Below are positions 1 to 8,103 of a stretch of 24,000 nt of DNA, one piece after another. The stretch is from NCBI RefSeq assembly GCF_000166055.1, contig NC_014664.1, forward strand, positions 807,927 to 831,926, written 5' to 3'. Position 1 is the first letter of the stretch, and each line of letters starts with the position of its first letter. The notes beneath the pieces are model-generated. The model saw nothing but the letters and a program-made list of their open reading frames with translations, made no database searches and was not told the origin of the DNA. The translations under genes were made by a program, and so were the position numbers. The stretch is from Rhodomicrobium vannielii ATCC 17100. Its GTDB lineage: Bacteria; Pseudomonadota; Alphaproteobacteria; Rhizobiales; Rhodomicrobiaceae.

Positions 1-743
1 TTGCCTTCGAAATGGCCCTCGTCGGCGTAAAGCGCCTCGGCGCCCGTTAGTGCAAGGAAGACGGAGCCGAGCACGTGAAAGCCGATCCAGCCGTGCGTCG
101 CGATCAGGTCGAGGCCGTAAATAGGGTTCACGGCTGCGAGGATGTCGGGTCGCGCCACGATATGGGGTATGCCCGCCAGCGCGAGGACGGCGAACCAGAC
201 GACCATGACCGGGCCGAAAATGCGCCCGATGGAAGCTGTGCCCCGATATTGCACCATGAAGAGCGCAGCCAGTATGCCTGCCGCGATGGGTACGATGAAC
301 GGCTTGAACACGGGCGTGGCGACTTCCAGCCCCTCCACGGCGGAGAGAACCGAAATCGCGGGCGTGATGATACAGTCGCCGTAGAACAGCGCGACGCCGA
401 CGAGCCCGACGAGGACTGCGATTTCGCGCGAGCGCTCGGACTTCAGCGCATTGAGGGCAAGCGCCGTCAGCGCCATGACGCCGCCCTCGCCGTCGTTCGT
501 GGCTCGCATGATGACGAGCACATACTTGATCGATACGACGATGATCAGCGCCCAGAACACGAGCGACACGCAGCCGAAGGCGATAGGACGGAGCGCGTCT
601 ACATCCCCGGCGGAAGCGAGCGCCTCCTTGTAGGCGTAGAGCGGGCTCGTGCCGATGTCGCCGAACACGATGCCAAGCGCGCCGATGAGCGCAGCGTTCC
701 GGAGCGGCTGCGCCTCGGCTTTCGTCAGTGCTTCCGTCGCCAT
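1..743 (-). CDS. kup: Kup-family low-affinity potassium uptake protein (N-terminal part; C-terminus outside the window)
   Basis: Manual reverse-strand translation starts at ATG (743..741): MATEALTKAEAQPLRNAALIGALGIVFGDIGTSPLYAYKEAL...NDGEGGVMALTALAL...GLVGVALFYGDCIITPAISVLSAVEGLEV... GDIGTSPLYA and FYGDxxITPAISVLSAVEG are Kup signatures. Open to position 1. Confidence 0.96.
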   Translation of the reverse strand, partial: MATEALTKAEAQPLRNAALIGALGIVFGDIGTSPLYAYKEALASAGDVDALRPIAFGCVSLVFWALIIVVSIKYVLVIMRATNDGEGGVMALTALALNALKSERSREIAVLVGLVGVALFYGDCIITPAISVLSAVEGLEVATPVFKPFIVPIAAGILAALFMVQYRGTASIGRIFGPVMVVWFAVLALAGIPHIVARPDILAAVNPIYGLDLIATHGWIGFHVLGSVFLALTGAEALYADEGHFEG

Positions 744-984
744 GCTGTGCCGATGCCCTCGTCGCCGCCGTTCAACCTTCAGGTTATCGCAAACACGTCT
801 TCCTTTGAAACGATCCGTGTTCGCCTGAGATCCAGCTTTATGACAACGAAGTTACGGCTTTGATAGAGGCGACTGAGCGGCCGCGGGAAAGGGTTTCCGT
901 CGCCTGCCGCGTAGGACATCTCCACACAAGATTCGCTCAAGCCACACAGTCTAGCCTGCGCCCGTCATCAGGAAGGGGGCTCCA

Positions 985-2907
985 GTGCTCTTAGCGCGCC
1001 GATTTCTTATCGCGAAGGTTCTGTTTCCTCTCGCGATCGCGATTCTGGTCTGTCTTCCGGCCGTCGCCGAGCCGAGCGCCGAAGGGTCTCAGCCTTGCGC
1101 CGAAGCGTCGGACATCGCGGTGCTGAATTCGCCGCTCGCCCCATGGAAAGGCGCGCCGCTGCGAGTCGTCCTTGCGTCGGAGAAGCCCCTCGATGGCGAA
1201 TTGTCGCTCATCGCGCCCGATGGTGCGGTCGCCGTGAAAACGGCAGAGAGGCGCGGTGGGCCGCCCTATTTCTGGATACTGGAGGTCGCATCTCCTGCTG
1301 CGGGGTCGTGGAACGCGAAACTCGGTTCCGCAGGCGCTTGCGAAGCGGTTACGCGGGAAATCGTCGTGCGCGACCGCCAGCCCGCCGCTCCCCAAGCCGG
1401 GAACGCCGGCGTATGGCCGCTTCGCGCCACCTGGAATCGCGCGACGGAGAACCTCTATTCGGCCTGGATCGAGAAGCTTTTCGACGCCCCCGTTGAAGCT
1501 GCGCCGTCCTGGCCTGTCCTGCATGAGGTTCTGCGGGACCGCTCCCGCAATCTCCTGTTCAACCATCTTGGGCTGCGTGAGGACGAGAAGAACATCGTGA
1601 TGCGCCCCGATTGCGCCGACCTGCCTTATTTCCTGCGCGCCTATTTTGCCTTCAAGATGGGGCTGCCCTTCGGCTTCTCGAAGTGCTCGCGCGGAGCGGG
1701 CGGCGAAGGGCCTCGGTGCTTCGAATGGTCGAACAGCCAGACGTTCGAGCCTGCGCGGCCGCCACGCCCGGAGACCGCATCGCCCCTGCCAATTCTTTTC
1801 CGCCAGCCCGCGCCGCAGTCGCGTCCCGCGCCGCAAAAGCTTGGCCTCGCGGCGTCGTTCGCGCGCTACCTCCCCGCCGTCGCCGATGGCGTACATTCGG
1901 GGTCGGCGCGAACCTCGGCGAACGACAGTAACACCGACTATTATCCGGTAGCGCTCAGCGAGCGGACTCTACGGCCAGGAACCATCTACGCCGATCCTTA
2001 TGGGCATGTGCTCATGCTCGTGAAGCGTGTGCCGCAGTCCGGCGACGGGGCGGGCGTGTTCCTCGCCGTCGACGGACAGCCGGATGGGACGGTTGCACGC
2101 AAGCGCTTCTGGCGCGGTAATTTCCTGTTCGCGCAGAATCCCGCGCTTGGAAGCCCCGGCTTCAAGCATTTCCGGCCTATTGTGCGGGAGGCGGGCACCT
2201 TGAAGCGCCTTTCGAACGAGGAGATTTCGAAGAGCGCGGACTATGGCGATTTCTCTCTCGATCAGGCGCGGCTTGGCGTTGAAGACTTTTACGACCGAAT
2301 GGAAGACGTGATGTCGCCGGAGCCGCTGGACCCGTCGCGCGCCCTGCTGGAGGTGATCGCCGCGCTCGAAGAGCAGGTCAAGGCGCGTGTGACGTCGGTT
2401 GAGAATGGCAGGAAATACCAGATCGCCAACCGCGGGGATGCCGACATGCCAGACGGCCCTTCGATCTTCGAGGCGGCCGGCGCGTGGGAAGATTTTGCGA
2501 CTCCGTCGCGCGATCTGCGCCTTCTGATCGCGATCGATGTCGCGCGCGGCTTCCCGGATCGCGTCGCGCGGCGGCCCGACCGCTATGCCATGCCGAAGGA
2601 CAAGAGCGCCGCGGATGTCAAGGCCGATCTTGAGAACACGCTCGCGTCGGAGCTTTCGACGCGCACATTCGCCTATACGCGAAGCGATGGGTCCGCGTGG
2701 ACGCTCGCGCTCCGCGACGTGTTGGAGCGGTCCGTCGCGCTGGAAATGGCGTATAATGTGAACGACTGTGTTGAACTGCGTTGGGGCGCGGCGGAAGGAA
2801 CCGACGAGGCCTCCACCTGCAAACGTCGCGCGCCCGCCGCCCAGCGAACGAAGATGCAGGACTATCGCGCGTGGTTCCATGAGCGGCGGCGTCCCGCGCG
2901 GGCTTGA
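985..2907 (+). CDS. Large exported protein of unknown function (640 aa), N-terminal signal peptide
   Basis: ORF of 640 aa with hydrophobic N-terminus (LIAKVLFPLAIAILVCLPAVAEP). Cys-rich segment GFSKCSRGAGGEGPRCFEWSN followed by ADPYGHVLMLVKRVPQ. No confident family assignment by eye. Confidence 0.85.
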   Translation: MLLARRFLIAKVLFPLAIAILVCLPAVAEPSAEGSQPCAEASDIAVLNSPLAPWKGAPLRVVLASEKPLDGELSLIAPDGAVAVKTAERRGGPPYFWILEVASPAAGSWNAKLGSAGACEAVTREIVVRDRQPAAPQAGNAGVWPLRATWNRATENLYSAWIEKLFDAPVEAAPSWPVLHEVLRDRSRNLLFNHLGLREDEKNIVMRPDCADLPYFLRAYFAFKMGLPFGFSKCSRGAGGEGPRCFEWSNSQTFEPARPPRPETASPLPILFRQPAPQSRPAPQKLGLAASFARYLPAVADGVHSGSARTSANDSNTDYYPVALSERTLRPGTIYADPYGHVLMLVKRVPQSGDGAGVFLAVDGQPDGTVARKRFWRGNFLFAQNPALGSPGFKHFRPIVREAGTLKRLSNEEISKSADYGDFSLDQARLGVEDFYDRMEDVMSPEPLDPSRALLEVIAALEEQVKARVTSVENGRKYQIANRGDADMPDGPSIFEAAGAWEDFATPSRDLRLLIAIDVARGFPDRVARRPDRYAMPKDKSAADVKADLENTLASELSTRTFAYTRSDGSAWTLALRDVLERSVALEMAYNVNDCVELRWGAAEGTDEASTCKRRAPAAQRTKMQDYRAWFHERRRPARA

Positions 2908-3303
2908 GCTTCGCAGAGGTATGCCTCCGCAACGATTTTGAAGCCGGGCTATCGCCGCAAAAGCCGCGCGCCGCGCCTATAGCCACCATCGCAATCAGGA
3001 GGCGTGCTTTCGTGCGTAGGCGCTGAGCCGCTGCGCATCAAACCGCAGGCAATGCTCGGGGAGTCGTCACCGTGGCGCGCCGGACGCCTCGCGCTCATGC
3101 ACGCCTTGTCTGCGTCTGCCCGACAAGCTTGAGACGAGCGCCAGTCAAGCTCCAGCCCGGCCTGCGCAGTTTCCATCAACGCGGGGGTGCGTTGCGTTCG
3201 CGCGGCTCCCAAAACCGCGCTTGATTTCGCAAGAAAAATGCGCGATTGCTTGAGGCAAGCTGCATAAGCCTCTGATCTTCTGCGACATAGTCTCGAAAAA
3301 TCC

Positions 3304-3317
3304 TTGATCTAAATCAA
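3304..3317. promoter_or_regulatory. Perfect FNR/FixK-type binding site TTGAT-N4-ATCAA
   Basis: Sequence TTGATctaaATCAA at 3304-3317, upstream of the bchJ homolog. Confidence 0.75.
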
Positions 3318-3346
3318 AACACTGATATGCAGTAGGAGTAAGGTTT

Positions 3347-3379
3347 GCTTGACACATCTATTGTCAAGCTAGACTGACA
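3347..3379. promoter_or_regulatory. Operator-like region: inverted repeat GCTTGACA-N7-TGTCAAGC (3347-3369) overlapping TGT-N12-ACA (3362-3379), PpsR/CrtJ-like
   Basis: GCTTGACAcatctatTGTCAAGC is a perfect 8-bp-arm dyad. TGTcaagctagactgACA fits the TGT-N12-ACA consensus of PpsR/CrtJ. Located 70-102 bp upstream of the ATG at 3449. Confidence 0.55.
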
Positions 3380-3448
3380 TAAGCGGCATCCAGCGCGCGC
3401 ACCGCCTGCGGCTGCGCCCGGTTGCCATATAACAAGAAGGCGCGCTTT

Positions 3449-4105
3449 ATGGCGCATGCGAATGCGGGCCTTATTGGTCCCAATGCCATAATCCGGGTCG
3501 CCGAAACGCTCCGCGAGCGGTTGGGCGACGATGCGGCTCACAATATCTTCGCTCGCGCGAAGCTTGAGGCGCGCCTCGCGACGCCGCCCGAGAGCATGGT
3601 CCCGGAAACCGAGGTTGGCGCGCTTCAAACCGCGCTGTTCGAGGGCCTCGCCGGAGAAGACGCCAAAAGAATTTCCTTCGAGGCAGGGCTTCGCACGGGC
3701 GACTATCTCCTCGCGCGCCGCATTCCGAAATTCGCGCAGTTCGTGCTGAAGCGCCTTCCGCCACGCATGGCCGCGCGCACGCTGCTTTCCGCAATCGGCA
3801 AGCACGCCTGGACTTTCGCCGGAAGCGGAACCTTCGAAGCGAAGGCTGATTATCCGGTGCTTGTTTCGATCGCGAATTGTCCGCTGTGCCGTGGCCGCCA
3901 CGCCGATGAGCCGCAATGCGATTTTTACGCTGGCACGTTCCAGCGCTTGTTCGAAACGCTCGTCAGCCGCAACACCACCGTGCGCGAGATCGAGTGCGAA
4001 GCGGCGGGCGGTAGCGCCTGCATCTTCGAAATTGAATGGCCGAAAAACGCGGCCCAAAAAGCAGAACACGCCCCCGCAGCCCACCGTCAACGGGAATTAA
4101 CATGA
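3449..4105 (+). CDS. bchJ: BchJ-like V4R-domain protein (bacteriochlorophyll 4-vinyl reductase-associated)
   Basis: MAHANAGLIGPNAIIRVAETLRERLGDDAA...ARRIPKFAQFVLKRLPPRMAARTLLSAIGKHAWTFAGSG...CPLCRGRHADEPQCDFYAGTFQRLFETLVSRNTTVREIECEAAGGSACIFEI resembles BchJ and the V4R domain. The ORF extends to a TTG at 3422, but the ATG at 3449 is the likely start. Confidence 0.85.
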   Translation: MAHANAGLIGPNAIIRVAETLRERLGDDAAHNIFARAKLEARLATPPESMVPETEVGALQTALFEGLAGEDAKRISFEAGLRTGDYLLARRIPKFAQFVLKRLPPRMAARTLLSAIGKHAWTFAGSGTFEAKADYPVLVSIANCPLCRGRHADEPQCDFYAGTFQRLFETLVSRNTTVREIECEAAGGSACIFEIEWPKNAAQKAEHAPAAHRQRELT

Positions 4106-5460
4106 TGATTCCAGGTATCGCGAAATACTTCCATGCACGGGTACCCCGCTACACGAGCTATCCGACTGCGCCGCACTTCACCGGCGAAGTGGACGCGAAG
4201 CGCTACGGCGCGTGGCTCTCGCGGCTCGACCCGGACACGGAGCTTTCGCTTTATCTTCACATCCCGTTCTGCCGTCGCATGTGCTGGTATTGCGGCTGCA
4301 ACATGCGCGTCATCGCGCGTTATTCGCCCGTGACTGAATACGTCGAGACGCTGATCAAGGAAATCGACCTCGCCTGCGAAAAGCTCCCGAAGGGTAGCAT
4401 GAAGGTGCGTCACATCCATTGGGGTGGCGGCACGCCGACGGCGCTGAACGGCGAAGACATGGTGCGTATCCATGAGGCGGTGGCGAGCCGCTTCGACATT
4501 CTGCCGAACGCCGAAATCGCCGTCGAGATCGATCCGCGCACCTTCACGCAGGACAACGCGGACGCGCTCGGCAAGATCGGCTGCACCCGCGCGAGCCTCG
4601 GCATTCAGGAATTCGACATCACGGTTCAGGAGGCGATCAATCGCGTCCAGCCGATGGAGGTGATCGAAGACACGATCCGCATGCTGCACGAGCAGAACGT
4701 GAAGGGTCTCAACTTCGACCTCATGTATGGCCTGCCGCATCAGACCGCCGAGATGCTCACCCGCACCGTGGAGCAGGCCGCGACGCTCAAGCCGGATCGG
4801 ATCGCGCTGTTCGGCTATGCGCATGTGCCGTGGATGGCGAAGAACCAGCGCATGATCCCCGAAGACGCGCTGCCGACGGCGCTTATGCGCTTCGAGCAGG
4901 CGACGGCGGCGGGCGACGCGCTGGAAGCCGCCGGTTATGTGCGCATCGGCCTCGACCACTTTGCCAGGCCCGAGGACAGCATGGCGATCGCGCTGCGCGA
5001 AGGCCATCTGCACCGCAATTTCCAAGGCTACACAGACGACCTCGCGGGGGCCATCGTGGCCTTCGGGGCGAGCGCCATCTCGGAAACCCCCGAGGGCTTC
5101 ATGCAGAATATCGTCGAGACCGGTGCCTATTCGCGCGCGGTCAACTCGGGCGAGCTTCCGGTCGCCAAGGGCGTGACGTTCCGCGGCGAGGACAAGCTGC
5201 GCTCTGCGATCATCGAGCGCCTGATGTGCGATATGGAGGTCGACCTCGACGAGATGCGCCGCCTTCATGCGCCGAACCGCGACGACTTCTACGATGAGCT
5301 TGCGCAGCTTCGCGCACTGCAGGACGAAGGCTTGTGCGAACTCGACGGCAGCAAAGTGCGCGTGCCGGATGCGGCGCGGCCAGCGCTTCGCGTCGTCTGC
5401 TCCGTTTTCGACGACTACCTCCAGCACAACCAGGGGCAGCGGCACGCCGCAGCGGTCTGA
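4102..5460 (+). CDS. hemN: Oxygen-independent coproporphyrinogen III oxidase (radical SAM)
   Basis: MMIPGIAKYFHARVPRYTSYPTAPHF...LYLHIPFCRRMCWYCGCNM...HWGGGTPTAL: HemN signature with radical SAM CxxxCxxC. ATG at 4102 overlaps the bchJ stop (ATGA). Confidence 0.96.
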   Translation: MMIPGIAKYFHARVPRYTSYPTAPHFTGEVDAKRYGAWLSRLDPDTELSLYLHIPFCRRMCWYCGCNMRVIARYSPVTEYVETLIKEIDLACEKLPKGSMKVRHIHWGGGTPTALNGEDMVRIHEAVASRFDILPNAEIAVEIDPRTFTQDNADALGKIGCTRASLGIQEFDITVQEAINRVQPMEVIEDTIRMLHEQNVKGLNFDLMYGLPHQTAEMLTRTVEQAATLKPDRIALFGYAHVPWMAKNQRMIPEDALPTALMRFEQATAAGDALEAAGYVRIGLDHFARPEDSMAIALREGHLHRNFQGYTDDLAGAIVAFGASAISETPEGFMQNIVETGAYSRAVNSGELPVAKGVTFRGEDKLRSAIIERLMCDMEVDLDEMRRLHAPNRDDFYDELAQLRALQDEGLCELDGSKVRVPDAARPALRVVCSVFDDYLQHNQGQRHAAAV

Positions 5461-5481
5461 CGGGCGCAAATCGCGAGAATA

Positions 5482-5508
5482 CGAACGAAGCACCATCTGC
5501 TTCGTTCG
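5482..5508 (+). terminator. Perfect 11-bp stem-loop downstream of hemN (factor-dependent terminator or mRNA-stabilising hairpin)
   Basis: CGAACGAAGCA-ccatc-TGCTTCGTTCG starting 22 nt after the hemN stop, between convergent genes. No U-tract, so not a canonical intrinsic terminator. Confidence 0.6.
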
Positions 5509-5613
5509 CAACGCTTGTGGTTGGACGCTCGCGCTTCAGCGCGGGGGTCGGCGGAGCGTAGGTTGAACGGTGCGAGCCACTCGCTTGGGGTTAGCGCCCG
5601 CATGGATGCAGAC

Positions 5614-6069
5614 TTAAAAGGCGCGGCCGACCGTGACCGGCGCGGCTTCCTCCAGGGCATTCGTTGCCGCTTCCTCGTGCCACTGCTCGTAAGCCGGGAG
5701 GTCCATTTCCGCCTCGGCCCAGGACACTGCGTGCGACATCCACATGCGCTGGCTCGGGCGTGCGCCCGGATCGTCGTCTAGCGTCGCAACGCGCAGCGTC
5801 ACATAGGGCTTGTCGGGGTATTCGGCGACGACCTGCGAACCGCAGATCGAGCAAAAGCGGCGGAATTTGCCCGGCGAGGATTCGAAGCAGGTGAGTTTGT
5901 CCTGCCCCGAGATCCAGTGAAAATGCTCGCGCGCCACCTTGGCCGATACGTTGAACGCTGAGGCGTGCGCCTTTCGGCAAGTGCGGCAGTGGCAGACGCG
6001 GATCGGCGCGTCCAGGTGTTCGACCTCATAGCGCACGCTGCCGCAGAGACAACTTCCCTTGATGCTCAT
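5614..6069 (-). CDS. GFA (glutathione-dependent formaldehyde-activating enzyme)/CENP-V family zinc protein
   Basis: MSIKGSCLCGSVRYEVEHLDAPIRVCHCRTCRKAHASAFNVSAKV...FRRFCSICGSQVVAEYPDKP: C-x-C, CHCxxC and CxxCG zinc pattern of the GFA family. Confidence 0.9.
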   Translation of the reverse strand: MSIKGSCLCGSVRYEVEHLDAPIRVCHCRTCRKAHASAFNVSAKVAREHFHWISGQDKLTCFESSPGKFRRFCSICGSQVVAEYPDKPYVTLRVATLDDDPGARPSQRMWMSHAVSWAEAEMDLPAYEQWHEEAATNALEEAAPVTVGRAF

Positions 6070-6319
6070 TGCTACCGTCCTTGAGGCTCTCCCGCCGCTT
6101 GCTTGAACGCACAGGCGGTCTCCCGATCCTGACACGTTCCTCACGCGATCATAGCGCCGAAACGCTCCTGTTGTTTCCAGCAAAGTTCGCGGCGGGGGCC
6201 AAGGTTCCATCGCCACCATACGATTATTGCGGCGAGCGACAACTTTGCCGTCCCATGCGCTTCCGAACGCCGGAGGGCCGCCGGCGTTCCTTCCAGCGCT
6301 CGCACTTTCCGCGCGCCGC

Positions 6320-6395
6320 CGCTAGAGCGGTGAATTTTACATTCGATTCCGTGGCACCGTCATCAAAACGAAACTGCACGGACAGAGCCCTAGCG
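6320..6395. repeat. Possible short repeat element bounded by near-perfect terminal inverted repeats CGCTAGAGC / GCCCTAGCG
   Basis: CGCTAGAGC at 6320-6328 and GCCCTAGCG (reverse complement CGCTAGGGC, 8/9 match) at 6387-6395. The right end overlaps the thpR stop codon. Confidence 0.3.
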
Positions 6396-6998
6396 TGATT
6401 GCGTACTCGGGAAAACGTGGCCGTGCGGATGCGCGAAAAGTTCCTCATCCTCCGCGAAATGCGCATCCCATGCCGAATAGGCCTCCTCCACGACGTACGG
6501 GCCGCCGCCCTGATTGGGCCGCGAGGAGAACAGCACAAAACGGCTCACGGTGAACGGCTCGCAGGCGAAGCCGCCATGGCGCGCGAGATAATCGGCGGCG
6601 GCGAAGGGGCTGACATTGCGTAGCCGGGCGAGCGTCACGTGCGGCGTGAAATTGCGCGGCTCCGGCGGCAAACCTGCCGCGCGCGCCGCCCGCTCATGCG
6701 CCTTTTGCAGCGTCTCCAGCGCCGGTGATGCTTTCACCCCCGCCCAAAGCGAGCGCGGCTTGTGTCCACCGAAACTGCCGAGCCCCGAAACCGCGATGTC
6801 GAAACTTTCGAAACGGATGTCCGCCAGCGCGTCCGCGAAGTCGTTCGCCTGAGCGTCGGTGATGTCGCCGACGAATCTGAGCGTGATGTGATAGTTTTCC
6901 GCGTCGATCCAGCTTGCGCCCGAGAGACCAGCCCGAAGGCCGGAAAGATGTCCGACCACATCGTGAGGCAGTTCGAGTCCGGTGAAAAGTCTAGGCAT
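6390..6998 (-). CDS. thpR: RNA 2',3'-cyclic phosphodiesterase (2'-5' RNA ligase family)
   Basis: MPRLFTGLELPHDVVGHLSGLRAGLSGASWIDAENYHITLRFVGD...PRNFTPHVTLARLR: two HxTx motifs and typical length. Confidence 0.93.
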   Translation of the reverse strand: MPRLFTGLELPHDVVGHLSGLRAGLSGASWIDAENYHITLRFVGDITDAQANDFADALADIRFESFDIAVSGLGSFGGHKPRSLWAGVKASPALETLQKAHERAARAAGLPPEPRNFTPHVTLARLRNVSPFAAADYLARHGGFACEPFTVSRFVLFSSRPNQGGGPYVVEEAYSAWDAHFAEDEELFAHPHGHVFPSTQSR

Positions 6999-7181
6999 AG
7001 GTGGGCCTCCTGTGCGGAAAGGAGCGACGGGCCTATGGCCTGTCAGCCTAGCAGCATAGGGTTGTGGCGGTTCGTGTTTTATTCAAGGCGCACGAGAAGC
7101 AGAATCACGGCTAATAGTGCGTTACGGGCGCCGAAGCGCCTCGCAGCAGTGCGCTATACGGTCGGGCCGCAAGACACAGGC

Positions 7182-7997
7182 TTACGCAGCGCTGCCGGAC
7201 GCGCCTCGGAATTCCTGCGCGAGCCAGCCCGCGATCGGTTCCGCCGCATCCTTCCAGTTCGAATCCATCATGATGGCGTGGCCGCCGCCCTTCACGATGA
7301 TGGATCGCGCGCCGTAATAGATCGCGGTGAGACGCACATCGGCGGGCGGCACGAACTCGTCCTTCTCGCAGCCGATCACCATCAGCTTCGGCATGCCCCA
7401 AGGCAGCGGCGCGAATGGCGTAAAGCCGTAAAGCTGGCGGCTCGCGCTTTCGGCGATATCGTCCATGCGCTCGAAGAAGAGGCGGCGGAGTTGCGGCGAG
7501 GGCGGCTCGGCAAACAGGCCGTCCTCAATGATGTCGAGGTTGGCGTTCCGAATGCCGCGTTCGAGCACGCGCTGCAATTCGCGGAAGAGCGTCGGATTGC
7601 GGATGAAAAGTTCCGCCGACGAGCGCATCAGCCCATGCGGCGGCGCGGCGCACATCAGCACCACGCCCGCAGCGCGTCCGCCGCGCTTCACATAATTCTG
7701 CACGACGCCGCCGCCGAGCGAATGGCCGACGATCACGACGGGGCCGCCGATCTCCTTCACGGCCCATTCCACGTCGTTGGCGAAATCGCGGAGGCCGAAA
7801 CTGCGCACGCGCTCGCGGCCCTCGCTTTCGCCATGGCCACGAAGCGAGAGCGCGGACACGTCGTAGCCGAGGCTCGCGAAATAGGGGAGGAAGCTTTGCC
7901 GCCAAACCCACGCGCCGGTACAGATGCCGTGGATGAACAGAAGTTTTACCGGCTTTTCCGGAGCGGCGGGCGGCAGGCGAACGAGTTCGAGTGTCAT
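7182..7997 (-). CDS. Alpha/beta hydrolase
   Basis: VKLLFIHGICTGAWVWRQSFLPYFASLGYDVSALSLRGHGESEG...VIVGHSLGGGVVQNYV: nucleophile elbow GHSLGG, oxyanion HG motif, C-terminal catalytic His in GGGHAIMMD. Confidence 0.92.
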   Translation of the reverse strand: MTLELVRLPPAAPEKPVKLLFIHGICTGAWVWRQSFLPYFASLGYDVSALSLRGHGESEGRERVRSFGLRDFANDVEWAVKEIGGPVVIVGHSLGGGVVQNYVKRGGRAAGVVLMCAAPPHGLMRSSAELFIRNPTLFRELQRVLERGIRNANLDIIEDGLFAEPPSPQLRRLFFERMDDIAESASRQLYGFTPFAPLPWGMPKLMVIGCEKDEFVPPADVRLTAIYYGARSIIVKGGGHAIMMDSNWKDAAEPIAGWLAQEFRGASGSAA

Positions 7998-8103
7998 ATG
8001 GGTCCGGGTGCGGGTTGAAACGAAAGGCGAATGGCGGGTCAGGTCGGCTCAGCGACACGAAGCCGAAGCGGCACTTTGACGCGAAAGCGCGGCAGAGAAA
8101 AAC

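Noticed and set aside
75-863. 262-aa plus-strand ORF
   Set aside because: Antisense to kup, whose minus-strand translation is clearly homologous to potassium transporters.
2949-3357. Two small minus-strand ORFs between the 640-aa gene and bchJ
   Set aside because: No ribosome-binding or domain evidence; they overlap each other and the FNR box. Treated as non-coding.
4087-5511. 474-aa ORF on the minus strand
   Set aside because: Antisense shadow of hemN, which has unambiguous radical SAM motifs. The translation is Arg/His/Ala-rich without recognisable domains, typical of GC-rich shadow frames.
6762-8018. 418-aa plus-strand ORF
   Set aside because: Antisense to the alpha/beta hydrolase and thpR. 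Arg/His/Ala-rich shadow frame.
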